A stretch of 64,000 bases of DNA from the human T2T-CHM13v2.0 reference genome, Homo sapiens: NCBI RefSeq assembly GCF_009914755.1, contig NC_060928.1. The stretch is one strand, 5' to 3'. The position numbers and the translations under genes are program-made. Below are positions 22,850 to 44,655 of the stretch, piece by piece. Each line of letters begins with the position of its first letter. Position 1 is the first letter of the stretch. The notes under the pieces are model-generated. The model searched no databases. It worked only from the letters and a program-made list of their open reading frames with translations, and was not told the origin of the DNA.

Positions 22850-23059
22850 TCTCTACTTTTGTACCAGAAAATCTTAAAGCCACAGCTGGACCAAAGGTAT
22901 GCCAGCTCCAAACTTTAAAAGAAAAGGTAACTCTTTAAATATAATTATTCCTTTTTGATCACTTTGCAAATTTTCTCTTTCCTCTTCCATTTCTCTAGTT
23001 TTCTTTTCTTCAAGTAGGAAATGATTTTGTTTGCTTTGCAAAGACCTAACACACCTCAG
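22850..23059 (-). pseudogene. Pseudo-exon 8
   Basis: Acceptor attctttacag; LRCVRSLQSKQNHFLLEEKKTREMEEERENLQSDQKGIIIFKELPFLLKFGAGIPLVQLWL*DFLVQK*R; donor AGA|gtaagt; 210 nt, phase 0-0. Confidence 0.75.
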
Positions 23060-23077
23060 CTGTAAAGAATTCAAGCC

Positions 23078-23474
<397 letters not shown>

Positions 23475-23845
23475 CTATAGATATTCAATATAACCAAGAG
23501 CATAGGCATAAAATACTCACTCACAGTTGCCAATAATTCCAAGTGTATGCACAAGTTTTGCACATCTTCAGTATATTTTAGATCCTAGATCAGTTAGCCT
23601 TACTTGGTAATGCAAGAAAGCTTCATTTTATTTTATTTGTTCTTTTGCCTTAAAATAAAGGGAAATAGTTGGCAGTGTTTTAAAGGAATAAGAAGACTGG
23701 TTGCTTTTGGCAGAAGGGAATTTGTCATTCTCTCCATCAGAGAAGGATTAATTGTATTGTTTTGGAGGCAGTGGGGATTAGGATGGGAATATTTGAATTT
23801 CATTATTAGAGTAGGTGTATAAAATATACTTGTATAAAAATATAC

Positions 23846-24328
23846 TTGAAACTAAAGTCCTATGCTGTCAAAAGATTTGCCATTTAAGTGCAAAATATGT
23901 TTGCAAATCCCACAAAACAGGAAGACCAGACTGTCTTGAACAACTTGCTCAGTGTCTTGAGAGTACTGCCAATTCTTATTCTTGGCTTTGTTTTCTGAAA
24001 GCTGCTTCCTCTTTGGCTAGGAGCTGTTCACCTTTTCCTGAAGTACGTCTACCAACAGGGGCACACTAGGAAATGTCTAATGAATTCCTGTAGTTTTATT
24101 TCCTTCAAATTCCACTGGCAGAGAACTTCACAGTGTGGTGAAATCACTAAAGATGTTAGTACTTGGGCTTTTCCCTACAAAATCATTGAAAAGTCTTCCA
24201 AACACTCCAGCAGATTGCTCTTCCAAGTCTCAGGACAGTCTTAATCTTAATCTTAAAATGCATAGCATTAAACCTCTAAGATATGTGTTCCAATTATGTT
24301 TTGAATTATGTTTTGAAAGTTGTTTTCT
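23846..24328 (-). pseudogene. Pseudo-exon 7
   Basis: Acceptor ccctactttttcag; (Q)ENNFQNIIQNIIGTHILEV*CYAF*D*D*DCPETWKSNLLECLEDFSMIL*GKAQVLTSLVISPHCEVLCQWNLKEIKLQEFIRHF..GEQLLAKEEAAFRKQSQE*ELAVLSRH..VFLFCGICKHILHLNGKSFDSIGL*FQ (two frameshifts); donor CAA|gtatat. Confidence 0.65.
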
Positions 24329-24568
24329 CTGAAAAAGTAGGGATCTAAACTTTTCTTTTCACACTACCTTTCTATATACACACAGACTCCAACTAACTTG
24401 GCATTAAAAATAAAAACTATAATATAAATGACTCATAGATGTACACTTTATTCTGAAAACTTACCATTCTGTTCCACTTTCATAAAGTTACTCTTATCCT
24501 TTGCATGTGGTCACCAGTCCCATCAGTTCTTCCTTTACAATGTTTGAGGAATTTGTCTCTCTCCATAA

Positions 24569-24915
<347 letters not shown>

Positions 24916-25109
24916 CCATTTATCATTTTATATCTGGGCTGTCTTCCAAGCTAGTCTCTGCCGACAATACTTCGTTCTCTAATCCAATCTAAACTGTCCT
25001 GTACCCTGTCTCCAGTATAATCTTTATTCTAGAACTATCAAACTCTTTCTTCATATTGTTGCCTGTTGAAAATCTGCTAGTTCTTCTCCCAACTGAAAGA
25101 ATCAAGTCC

Positions 25110-25232
25110 TGGCCAGGCGCGGTGTCCTGTAATCCCAGCATTTTGGGAGGCCAAGGTGGGAGCTTTGCTTGAAGCCAGGAGTTCAACACCAGCCTGGGCA
25201 ATACAGAAAGACCCTGTCTTAAAAAAATAAAT
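25110..25232 (+). mobile_element. FLAM monomer
   Basis: TSD gaatcaagtcc. Confidence 0.85.
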
Positions 25233-25361
25233 GAATCAAGTCCAAACTCCTGACCCTTAGAAACACGGCCACCACATCCTGATACTACACAGCCTTTTTC
25301 CACTCTTTTTCTTCTTTTTTTAAAAATTTTTTTGTAGTTGTTTCATTGAAAAAAATAAAAT

Positions 25362-25486
25362 AAAAATGATAGTTGGATGCCATGAAGTAGGTGGCAATGC
25401 CTTAACTGTGTGCTTGTTGTCAGGCCCGAGGGCCTCTTCCATCCTTGTCAAGAGAAGTGTTAACCTTCTGTCCTTTCATACAACAC
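25362..25486 (-). pseudogene. U6atac snRNA retro-pseudogene, full length
   Basis: Minus strand gtgttgtatgaaaggacagaaggttaacacttctcttgacaaggatggaagaggccctcgggcctgacaaca...ggcattgccacctacttcatggcatccaactatcattttt matches the U6atac sequence. Confidence 0.95.
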
Positions 25487-25750
25487 TCCCCACTCTTCTT
25501 TTCTAAGACAGCTAGGCATCTCATAATCATGCCTCTTATTTTCTCACTTCCATCCTTCGTTCACACTCTTGCTACTCATGCCGTTCCCCGTTGTCATATT
25601 TTTAAATCCAATGTATTAATTTTAATACCTAGATCCAGGCCCACCTTCTCCATGAAGTGTTTCTTCACTACCACTCTAGCCCACAGTGGTCTCGTCTTCC
25701 TTTGAGCTCTTAACATTTATTCTTGAAACAACAAACCCAATAGTCCCATA

Positions 25751-26027
25751 GATTGGTGCATTTACAAAACTTTAGCTAGACACAGAGCGCTGATTGGTGC
25801 ATTTACAATCCTTTAGCTAACAGAAAAGTTCCCCAAGTCCCCACCCGACCCAGAAGCCCAGCCAGCTTCATCTCTCACCACCACAGCCCAGGTAATTTGC
25901 GTATTTTCAGTAGAGACGGGGTTTCACCATGTTGGCCAGGCTGCTTTCCAACTCCTGACCTCAGGTGATCCACCCGCCTTGGCCTCCCGAAGTGCTAGGA
26001 TTACAAGCGTGAACCAATGTGCCCAGT
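25751..26027 (-). mobile_element. Truncated LTR12-family fragment (25751-25877) abutting a partial AluS (25878-26027)
   Basis: gattggtgcatttacaa repeats and LTR12 5' end ...gccagcttcatctctca. Confidence 0.8.
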
Positions 26028-26234
26028 CTCAAAGCAGTGCATTTTTATGCATAACAAGTATTTACTGCTTTACTTGAGACCCCTGCCACACTCTTCATAA
26101 TCCAATGGAGAAATCTCTAGAACATTAAAGAATATTAAAAGACTAGAAAGACGAGCTTTTATTAACTTTTTCTGGGCTTTTAACACTACAGAGTCACCAG
26201 CTATTACATGAGTTCAGTTGGACTTCCTACTTAC

Positions 26235-26833
26235 TGATTTTTTTTAAATAACATTTTAACATTATCATCAGAGGCAGACTCTGTAAAGTGGTATAATATG
26301 GTTTCCTGTGACGTGGCATAAACAGGTCTACATCCTAGTCTCCTTTTTAACTGAAATCTTAGTGATATGAAACTGTGGACAACTGGAAAAGAAGTCTTTC
26401 TGTTCGAGGACAAGAAATCTGCTATTGGGTGCTGAGATATATTAAATTTGAGCTTTTTTGATCTCCTCGAGGGATATTTTTCTTTTTCTTCTCTTCAGAC
26501 AGAGTCTTGCTGTGTCATCCAGAGCTGGAGTGCAGTGGCATAATCTCAGCTCACTGCAGCCTCGAACTCCTGCATTCAAGCAGTCCTCCTGCCTCAGCCT
26601 CTCTAGTAGGTGAGACTATAGGCATGCCCCAGTATACCTGGCTAATTTTTTTATTTTTAGTAGAGACGAGGTCCCACTATGTTATGCAGGCTAGTCTCGA
26701 ACTCCTGAGCTCAAACAGTCCTCCCACCTGAGCCTCCCAAAGTGCTGGAATTACAGGCATAGCCACCGCACCCAACCTCATTTTGTTTTTTTCAATATCC
26801 CTGTCAGGGCACAATGAAGGATATTTTTGTTGG
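26235..26833 (-). pseudogene. Pseudo-exon 6, split by AluJ
   Basis: Acceptor gacttttcag; donor TCA|gtaagt; ends ...SDDNVKMLFKKN+CA (phase 2). Internal reading frame is ambiguous. Confidence 0.6.
26478..26777 (-). mobile_element. AluJ inside pseudo-exon 6
   Basis: Diverged antisense dimer. Confidence 0.9.
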
Positions 26834-26941
26834 CTGAAAAGTCTATTCAAATGTTCATGTGAATTTTAGAAATCAATATAAGATAACTAAAGTTGTAAAT
26901 TTAAGACTCTGCTTTTTCTTAGGGCTGTAAATTCAGTTTAC

Positions 26942-27727
26942 AAATACTGTTGCTCTATCAGTAGGTGTAGCAAATTTCAGTATTCACTTCCAAGGAATCT
27001 CTCAATAATGGTTTGGTCCAATTTACAATCTTAGTTCATTAAACATTTCCAAATACTTTAAACTGTACTTGGAAGTTTAAAACATCCAGTTCTTTAGAGT
27101 GTCATTGGGATTGCCCTAGACCACCTCCATGTTCAGAGATTCACCGAAACAATTTACATAATTCAGTATATATAATCATTCTACTCATAGCTAAGATTTA
27201 TTACTATTACAACAATGTTGCAAGGATACATAGCTGGATGATAAGGGTAAGCTATAGGGAGAGTCAGAGAAATCCATGGGCAAGCTTCCTCAAGCTCTCG
27301 CCTTCCCATGAAGGGCCACACAGAGCACACACTTCCCCTAGCAATGAAAATGCAACATTTGTGCAATACTTTGGCCCAGGGAACTCTACTAGAGACTTAG
27401 GGCCCAAGGTTTTTAGGAGGGCTGGTCGGGTAGATACACTCTGAAACCAAAATTACAGAGTCTCAGAAGGAAAGAAAGCAAGTGTGTGACCCACCCTTAT
27501 CAGTTAACTGATAACTGGGGACACTGTGAAGCAACTTCCAGATGCTCCCTAAGAATCAAGCTCAAAAGCAGGGCTTTCTAGGGATAGCAGCCTCAAACAG
27601 ATCTGCTCTGTTAACTTTTTTCTGCATACCAAGGTACTTCCATTTTTTAATTTAAAAAACTGAACTTTCCCAAGTGCTCAAGCAACCCAGACAAAGCAAA
27701 TAAATTGAATCCATAAATATGGCCAAC
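26942..27727 (-). pseudogene. Pseudo-exon 5, split by a MER21-type LTR
   Basis: Removing the LTR plus an assumed 5-bp TSD leaves 252 nt in phase 0-0: VGHIYGFNLFALSGLLEHLGKFSFLN*KMEVPW/KNWMF*TSKYSLKYLEMFNELRL*IGPNHY*EIPWK*ILKFATPTDRATVF. Splice sites are weak. Confidence 0.5.
27100..27628 (-). mobile_element. MER21-type LTR
   Basis: Minus strand begins tatgcagaaaaaagttaacagagcag...gctgctatccctagaaag, resembling the MER21A 5' end. Confidence 0.78.
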
Positions 27728-27856
27728 CTAACTTATTTCAAGTGTCCCACTATTTTCTCCAAACTTGTGGTATTGCAACTTTAAATCAAAAGCCTAAATT
27801 ACTTATTTAATTATAACATTTGAAATTGGACTGACAAAATTGGTCTTAACCAATTA

Positions 27857-28630
<774 letters not shown>

Positions 28631-28637
28631 TTCATAC

Positions 28638-28811
28638 CTCTTTCTATAAGTAAAAAATAAAAATTTTAAGTGAAAGAAAATTTTTCAGTTTGATTAGCAG
28701 GGGTTGTGTTGGTGTTGGCAATGTTATATAAAATAATAAGTAATGATAAGTTTTAGATTCAAGCTACGTGGTAGTAGCAATATACTGTGCTTTTCCTTTG
28801 CCAAAGATAAC
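28638..28811 (-). pseudogene. Pseudo-exon 4
   Basis: Acceptor ttagttttatctttag; VIFGKGKAQYIATTT*LESKTYHYLLFYITLPTPTQPLLIKLKNFLSLKIFIFYL*KE; donor GAG|gtatga; 174 nt, phase 0-0. Confidence 0.55.
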
Positions 28812-28907
28812 CTAAAGATAAAACTAATAAACAGAATCTTCTCTGCTATTCACCATTTTCCCCAGTTGTCAGTTATTTTTGACTGAATACGTTTTTTGCT
28901 TTTGTAC

Positions 28908-28950
28908 CCTAGTGGTAGATCACTCTTTGAATGCATCTTAAAGATGTGTC
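28908..28950 (-). pseudogene. Pseudo-exon 3 (3' boundary uncertain; alternative donor after 28854)
   Basis: Strong acceptor ttttgttttgttttatag; (R)THL*DAFKE*STTR; weak donor AGG|gtacaa gives a 96-nt intron, phase 0. Confidence 0.5.
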
Positions 28951-29115
28951 CTATAAAACAAAACAAAACAAAACACCCTAAGCATCCTGTATAAGACTAT
29001 TACCTTGTGGGTATTCCTACAGGTGTAGAATGCTCATGCACATATAAGTTGGTAATAAAATGTTTTGATTGAATTAGATATAATTAGGTTAAAGATGTCA
29101 GTAATGTAAGTAATC

Positions 29116-30647
<1,532 letters not shown>

Positions 30648-30848
30648 GAGAACTCTTTACTTTCAAATGACCAAGATATTTTGGGGAATACAGCAATTCT
30701 CTTAACTTGAAGATACAGTCAAACCGGTACTGCACTAAAGGGAAAAACGGGATAAGCAATAAATAGAACTAGAGATGTGGGCCAGAGGGGAAAGTCTTTC
30801 TCAAGCCTCTCTTCCAGATAAAATCAAGTTTGGCCATTTTTGTCTTAC

Positions 30849-30931
30849 CTGATTGCAGTCAAAAGCATTTCGAGTGATTTATGGGAATTAGAGCTTTTGG
30901 TGCACAGCTAGTTCATTCTTAAATTGCCCAT
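30849..30931 (-). pseudogene. Pseudo-exon 1 (start codon)
   Basis: aagcATGG Kozak context; MGNLRMN*LCTKSSNSHKSLEMLLTAI+AG; donor CAG|gtaaga; 83 nt, ends in phase 2. Confidence 0.6.
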
Positions 30932-31078
30932 GCTTACATAGTGTAGGAGAAGGTGTGAGTCTATGTCCCAATTTACACATACCGCCCCCAAATAATTATT
31001 AGTAGTGGCCTCTTCCTCTCTCAAAAGTATGATTGCCCTAGCTTTAGGTGAAAACCAAAAGTAATCATTTGCTGGACT

Positions 31079-31095
31079 CTGGCGCCCTCTTGTGA
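31079..31095 (-). promoter_or_regulatory. Putative CTCF motif
   Basis: Minus strand tcacaagagggcgccag resembles the core CCASYAGRKGGCRS; lies in unique DNA with an intact CpG. Confidence 0.45.
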
Positions 31096-31199
31096 TTAAA
31101 ATTTCACTTTCTGATATTGCTTATTCTGAGATGAGCGACTACCAAAAAATATGAACATCCCAAAGTGGATCATCTAATAACTTTCCCCAGAAGATCTCA

Positions 31200-33360
<2,161 letters not shown>

Positions 33361-33507
33361 GAACGATGAGACACATGACAAATTGTTTTAAGCCTTTAAG
33401 TTTTAGAGTGGTTTGTTAGGTAGGGATAGATAACTGGAACAATATGCCAGAGAGAGCAGTGCAGGTCTTCTCTAGGAGAAGACAGAATCTATATACTAAG
33501 AGAGTTG

Positions 33508-34027
33508 AGCCAGGTGTGGTGGGTCCTGCCTGTAATCCTGGCACTTCCGTAGGCTGAGGCAGGAGGATCACTTGAGCCCAGGAGTTCAAGACCAGCTTGG
33601 GCAACAAAGATCCCATCTCTACAAAAAAAAGTTTTTTTGTAACGATTCTCCCATCTCAGCCTCCCAAGTAGCTGGACCAGAGGTACATGCCACCGCACTC
33701 AAATCTGTTTTTGTTTGTTTGCTTGTTTGTTTTTGTAGAGATTAGGTCTTGCTATGTTGCCTAGACTGAACTCAACTCCTGGGCTCAAGTGATTCTCCTG
33801 CCTTGGCCTCCCAAAGTGTTGGGATTATAGGCGAGAGCCACAATGTCTGGCCTACAAAAATTTAAAAAATTATTAGCCATGCAACATGGTGCACACCTGT
33901 AGTCCCAGCTATATGGGAGGCTGAGGCAGGAGGATCACTTGAGCCCAGGACGTTGAGGTTTCAGTGAGCCATAATTATGTCACTGCACTCCAGCCTGGGT
34001 GACAGAATGAGACAGTCTTAAAAAAAT
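33508..34027. mobile_element. AluJ(+) split at its A-rich linker by an antisense partial AluJ (about 33631-33852)
   Basis: Left arm, inverted piece, then right arm; ctacaaaaaa is duplicated. Confidence 0.8.
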
Positions 34028-35677
34028 TTTGGAAAAAAAAGAGAGTTGCATGACTTTGCCAGAATCAGAAGAAGACTGGGGAAGAGCTGAGAGTGTAAAT
34101 TATAAGGGTGTTAGACCAATGGGGATAAAGTATAATATTCAAGCCAAATTAATTGACCTGAGTGTACTCCCCCAGGATTTAGAATATAGCATGTTGGCTG
34201 GAGTACTGGGGATGGTCCTAACAGTCTGAAAAAGTTAGCCAATGAAATCCTGGACTCAATGATAGTTTGGAGTTAATGAGGTTGAAATGCCAGAAATTTC
34301 CTAACATATTATAGACAAAGAGTTACAAAATTCAAGGAAATAGGACTCGGTCCATTATGTTCAATCTTCTCAGCCATTTACTAACTTGACTCTTTTGGGA
34401 GGATTCAAAAAACTCTCCTTTCACTAAGACATAAGGAAATGCACTAGTGAGTCAGGGACTAGCATCCTCAAGGAGCACTGTAGGTCACAGCTGTTGCTGG
34501 ACAAGGCTGCAGTGAAAATGTGTGCTTTCATTTCCGTGGGAATAATGGGGTCCTGGCATGTCAAAGGCCAAGTAGTAACTTCACTGTTAGGGACAACATG
34601 GTGCAACTACCACAGTAAACCACAGAGATGGAATAGTAATCGAACTGCTTTGATCTGCTGTGCCCCCTGGCAAGGGCTAATGGATGATGGGGTCCTGAAA
34701 AATCATTAATTCGCTGCTTCCTAAGATGCTGCTTGACATCTAGGCAGAAAAAAATCTAGGTCCGTTAGGCAGAAACCTAACTCGAGTTGCCAAATTGTGC
34801 GTTGTACCTAATTCCCAGACCTATGTCAGTTAGGAGACTGAAAGCTCTTCCATCCACTGATGAATATCATGAATCTTCCTTCAAACCAGTGTTTCTCTCA
34901 ACCTTGGCCCCACTGACATTTTGGGCAGGGTATTTCTTTGTTATGGGGGCTAGCTTGCACATTATGGATCTCAAAATGATGCTGACACTGACAAGAAGGG
35001 GACGACTACACTTAGGCGAGACTGTTAAACCCACTTAGGTGTGACTGTTAAAGACTGTGCTGAAGGGAAATCCTCCCAGTGGACAGAACCTTGAGTGATA
35101 TATCTGGCTGTTTACTTCATGCTTAAGGCACAAAGATCTCTAGTGACTTATGAGCCGTGGCTACTGGATTGGCTGGCTGGCTGGAGACTTGAAAACAACT
35201 AATTGAAAAATTGGTGATTAGATGGACTATGCATGGACCTTTTGGAATGGACACAGAGGGTGGGAATATTTTTGTGCCGCGTGTACATCCAGTAGATTGT
35301 ATCACGATGGTGGAGGTTCTCAAAAATCAAATGATCAAGATGATCTATTTTGTGAATGTCAGTAAGCCTCTTTCTCCAGGTATCCCAGTGCTTGTTCAGT
35401 GGCTCCGTGTGCAAACTGTGCCAGCATGGAAGGAAGCTACGTGTGAGCTAATAACATGGTTTTCCCTCACCAAGGCTGCTGTAACTATACCTACTGCTGA
35501 ATGTCCCGTTGACCAACAGCCAAAGTCAACACTAAGCCGCTGATAAGGCACTATTGTCCGGGGTGACCAGATGGCCACCTAGTAGTAGCTGATTGTGTGA
35601 ACTTTTCCCAACATGAAAGGAACAGCCTTTTATCTTCTCAGGAATAGCTACATATTCTGGATAAAATTTTGCACTGT

Positions 35678-36920
<1,243 letters not shown>

Positions 36921-36959
36921 GGAACACACGAGTGTGAGAACCCAGGTAGAATGTTTCTG

Positions 36960-37365
36960 CTATCCTCACTGGTCTCCCAGGTGTTTCTCTAGCACGCTAG
37001 ACATGTTCCTGCCTCCGTTCCCTCTACCTGAAATACTTTCCTCCCAGATGGTATCTTCATTCCCTCTCAGTCTTTCTTCAAATATTTGCTCAAATGTCAA
37101 CCTCTTAACAAGGCCTACCCCAACCACTCTGTTTAAAATTGCAAAACCTTTCTTTGCCTTCCTGATTACTTCTTACTATGCATCTGTCTGTAACCCTTCT
37201 CACCGTCTAACATACATTATTTATTTGTTTATTGTTTATTATTTGTCCTCCTCCGTCTAGAAAGTGAGCTTCATAACAGCAGGGATTTCTATTTCATTCA
37301 CTGTTCTATCCCCAGTGACTAACGCAGTGCTGGAAACATAGTAGGAACTCAGTAAACATTTCTCT
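36960..37365 (+). mobile_element. L2 3' end
   Basis: cagtgctggaaacatagtaggaactcagtaaacattt. Confidence 0.8.
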
Positions 37366-37369
37366 TGTT

Positions 37370-37670
37370 TTTTAATTAATTTTTTATTTCCCTAAGATTT
37401 GGGGAACAGGTGGTATTTGGTTACATGAGTAAGTTCTTTGGTGGTGATTTGTGAAGTTTTGGTGTACCCATCACCGAAGCAGTACACACTGAACCCAATT
37501 TGCAATCTTTTATCCCTCACCCCCTTCCCACCCTTTCCCCTGAGTCCCCAAAGTCCACTGTTAAGCCTTTGCATCCTGATAGCTTAGCCCCTACTTATGA
37601 GAGAGAATGTACGCACATGCAATGTTCAGTTTTCCATTCCTGAGTTACTTAGAATAATAGTCTCCAATCC
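37370..37670 (-). mobile_element. L1PB 3' end
   Basis: gggaacaggtggtatttggttacatgagtaagttcttt. Confidence 0.85.
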
Positions 37671-37764
37671 CAATAAACATTTCTTGATTGACTTGAATGA
37701 CTATCATGAAAGTTCTCAGAGAAGAGTAGACAATATCTCTAGTCTATTATCTTTACCTACATCA

Positions 37765-37900
37765 TTGGTTGGTTGGTAAACTTTTTCTGTAAAAGGCCAG
37801 ATAGTGAATATTTTAGGCTTGTGGGCCATGCAGTCTTTTTCCAATCACTCTATATTGGCATTGTAGCACCAAAGCAGCCATTGACGGTAGGTAAATGAAC
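37765..37900. mobile_element. MER58-type DNA transposon fragment
   Basis: ggtaaactttttctgtaaaaggccagatagtgaatattttaggc. Confidence 0.8.
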
Positions 37901-38472
37901 AGGCGATACATAGAAAGGAAATACGGGAACTGCTGAGGTCCTGGGAATTGGGAACCTAAGCAGGGAGTTGATGTGAAAAGGGAAATATTTTACACAGAGG
38001 TGCTTGTACACTTTTCTTCATGACTTCTCACTCCACTATCACGGCTAATACTGCTTTGAAGTTAAATGTTCAGTTTGATTTTTACTTTTGAGTATTGTAC
38101 ATTTAAAATTCCCACAAAGTACATTTACTAATACAACCTCCAGGTGGAGCCCTTTCTTTTTTCTCAGTACACTGTTCCGCAAGTATTCACTGAATAGCTA
38201 CCATGTGACAAAAACGAAGTGTTAGGATACAGCTTTGAATAAAGCAAAGATCTTATGCTCGAAAAGCTTATATTCCAATGGAGAAGACAGATGATAGCAC
38301 GTATAAAAAAGGTAATTTCAGACAGTGATATGTTCTACAAGGAAATTACATAGAGCAATAGGAGAGGCTTCCCTGAGGACATGCTATTTCAGCAGAAAAG
38401 TGAAGAATAAGTAGGAGGCAGACATGCAAATACCTGAGGGTAGAGTTGTTTTATTTTCTTCTACTGTGGTAA

Positions 38473-38757
<285 letters not shown>

Positions 38758-39503
38758 TGATCCACCCGCCTCGGCCTCCCAAAGTGCTGGGATTACAGGC
38801 TCAAATAGTTTTTAAGTGTACTGTTTTATGGCATTAAGTATATTCATTGCTGTGCAACCATCACTACCATCCATCTCTAGAACTTCTTTCATCTTCCAAA
38901 CTGAAACTTCTTGCCCATTAAACAACTCTTCACTCCACCCTGTCCTCAGTGGCAACCATTCTACTTTCTGTCTCTATGAATTTGACTACCCTCACTACCT
39001 AATATAAGTGGAATCATGTAGTATTTGTCCTTATTTCTCTTAGCATAATGTCTTCAAGGTTCATTCATGCTGCAGTCAGAATTTTCATCCCTTTTGAGGC
39101 TGCATAATCCTCCATTCTCTGTGTATACCACATTTTGTTTATTCATTCAACAGTTGATGAACATTAGGGTTGCTTCCACTTTTGGCTGTTGTAAATAATG
39201 CTGCTGTGTATAAACATCTGTCTGAGCCTCTGCTTTCAGTTCTTTTGGGTATATATCTAGAAGTGGAATTGTGGGATTGTATGGTAATTCTATGGTTAGT
39301 TTTTTGAGGAAGCACCATACTGTTCTCCACAGTAGCTACACCATTTTACATTCCACCAACAGTGCACAAGAGTTCCAATCTCTCCACATTCTTGCCAACA
39401 ATTGTTATTTTCAATTTGTGTGTGTATTTCTTTCTTTTTCTAAAATATCTAAAATGTGTTTATTGGGGTGGCTTCCCATTTATCTTGATTCAAAGTGCTT
39501 TTA

Positions 39504-42597
<3,094 letters not shown>

Positions 42598-43101
42598 AGC
42601 AGCGAACACACACCACTACTGTGTGTGCATGATTAATGATCATGATGATTACAGCATCCTGGGCATTTCACATCCCTGAAGTAGGAACTGGAGCTCTGTA
42701 CCAGGCACTTCTTGTATTTCCTCTTTTCCTCATCTGGAGAGGGATGAAGGAGATTTTTTTGTAGGAGGTATGTTCACATGGGGAGGTCAGAACTACCAGA
42801 AAGGCATTTTTTTTTTTTTTTCAAATAATGGCCATCCTTATTGGGGTAAAGTGGTATCTCATTATGGGTTGACCTGTATTTCCCTAGTGACTAGTGATGG
42901 TGAGCATCTTTTCATGTGCTTATTAGCCATTTATATATTTTCTTTGAAGAAATGTCTATTCAAATTATTTGCCTACTTTTTAATCATTTTTTTGTTGTTA
43001 AGCTGTAGGAGTTCTTTATATATTCTGGATATGAAGCCATTATCAAATATGTAATTTTCTCCCATTCTGTGGGTTGTCTTTTAACTCTCTTGAAAGTGTC
43101 T

Positions 43102-43613
<512 letters not shown>

Positions 43614-44074
43614 TAAAAGTTTTAAATTTTTTTTAATTTTGATGAAGTCCAATTTATCTAATTTTTATTTTGTTGCCTGTGCTTTTGGTGTCATACCCAA
43701 GAAATCACTGCCACAGCCAACGTCATGAAGCGTTCCCCTACGTTATCTTCTAAGAGTTTTGCAGTTTTAGCTCTTTGTGTCTTTGATAATTTTTGTATAG
43801 GGTGTAAGGTAAGGGTCCAATGTTATTCTTTTGCATGTGGCTATCCAGTTTCCCCAGCACCATTTATTGAAAAGACTGTCCTTTTCCCATTGAATGGTCT
43901 TGGCACCTTTGTCAAAAACCACTTGGCCGTGTGTGAGGGTTTATTTCAGGGCTTTCTATTCTATTCCATTGATCTGGATGTCTGTCTTTATGTTAGGACC
44001 ACACTGTTTTGATTACTGTAACTTCATTGAGGGTAGAGTTTTAAATCAGAGGTCACAGCAAGTTCAAAGAGTTA

Positions 44075-44302
44075 CAGCAGGGGTTGGTAAACTTTTTTTT
44101 GTAAAGGGCCAGATAGTGAATATTTTGGGCTTCACAGGCTGTATTGTATGGGCTGTGTCATGACTCCTCTACTCTGCCGTTATAGCACTAAAGCAGTTGT
44201 CGACAATGCATAAACAAGAGGGTATGGCTGTGTTCCAATAAAACTTATTTATAAAAATAAGCAGGAAGGATTTGTCACAAAGGCAGTAGTTTGCCAACCC
44301 CT
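44075..44302. mobile_element. MER58A DNA transposon
   Basis: Terminal inverted repeats aggggttggtaaact / agtttgccaacccct. Confidence 0.88.
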
Positions 44303-44655
44303 ACACTAGAAGTCACAGTTTGGCATTTTCAAAGGCTTGGAGGAAGGCAATGTGATAAGAACAATGGTGAGAGTGAAGCATGATGAGGTTGGAGAAAGGG
44401 GCAAGGGCCAGATCACAGAGCCTTGGAGACCACAGCAGGATTTCATCTATTCTTTACCCATTTATTCACCAAATAGCTATCAAGGACCTACTATGAGCTG
44501 GGGCTGGGGCTCCATAGGAGGTAGACTGTATCTTAGTTCTCACAGGGCTTTGATGTAGACAGGAAGCATAAGCTGAGCATTTTAATATGGTATCATATGA
44601 GTCATGACAGGCTCCTGATGGGATCTCTGCTCAGTGCTTTTCCCTACTGCCTTAG

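Noticed and set aside
26231-26413. The listed 60-aa open frame as the true ancestral frame of pseudo-exon 6
   Set aside because: All three frames look partly protein-like and phase continuity from exon 5 favours another frame for most of the exon; unresolved without an orthologue.
28854-28907. Longer version of pseudo-exon 3 using the donor ATG|gtgaat
   Set aside because: It would leave a 42-nt intron, too short for normal human splicing; kept only as an alternative if the intron was later shortened.
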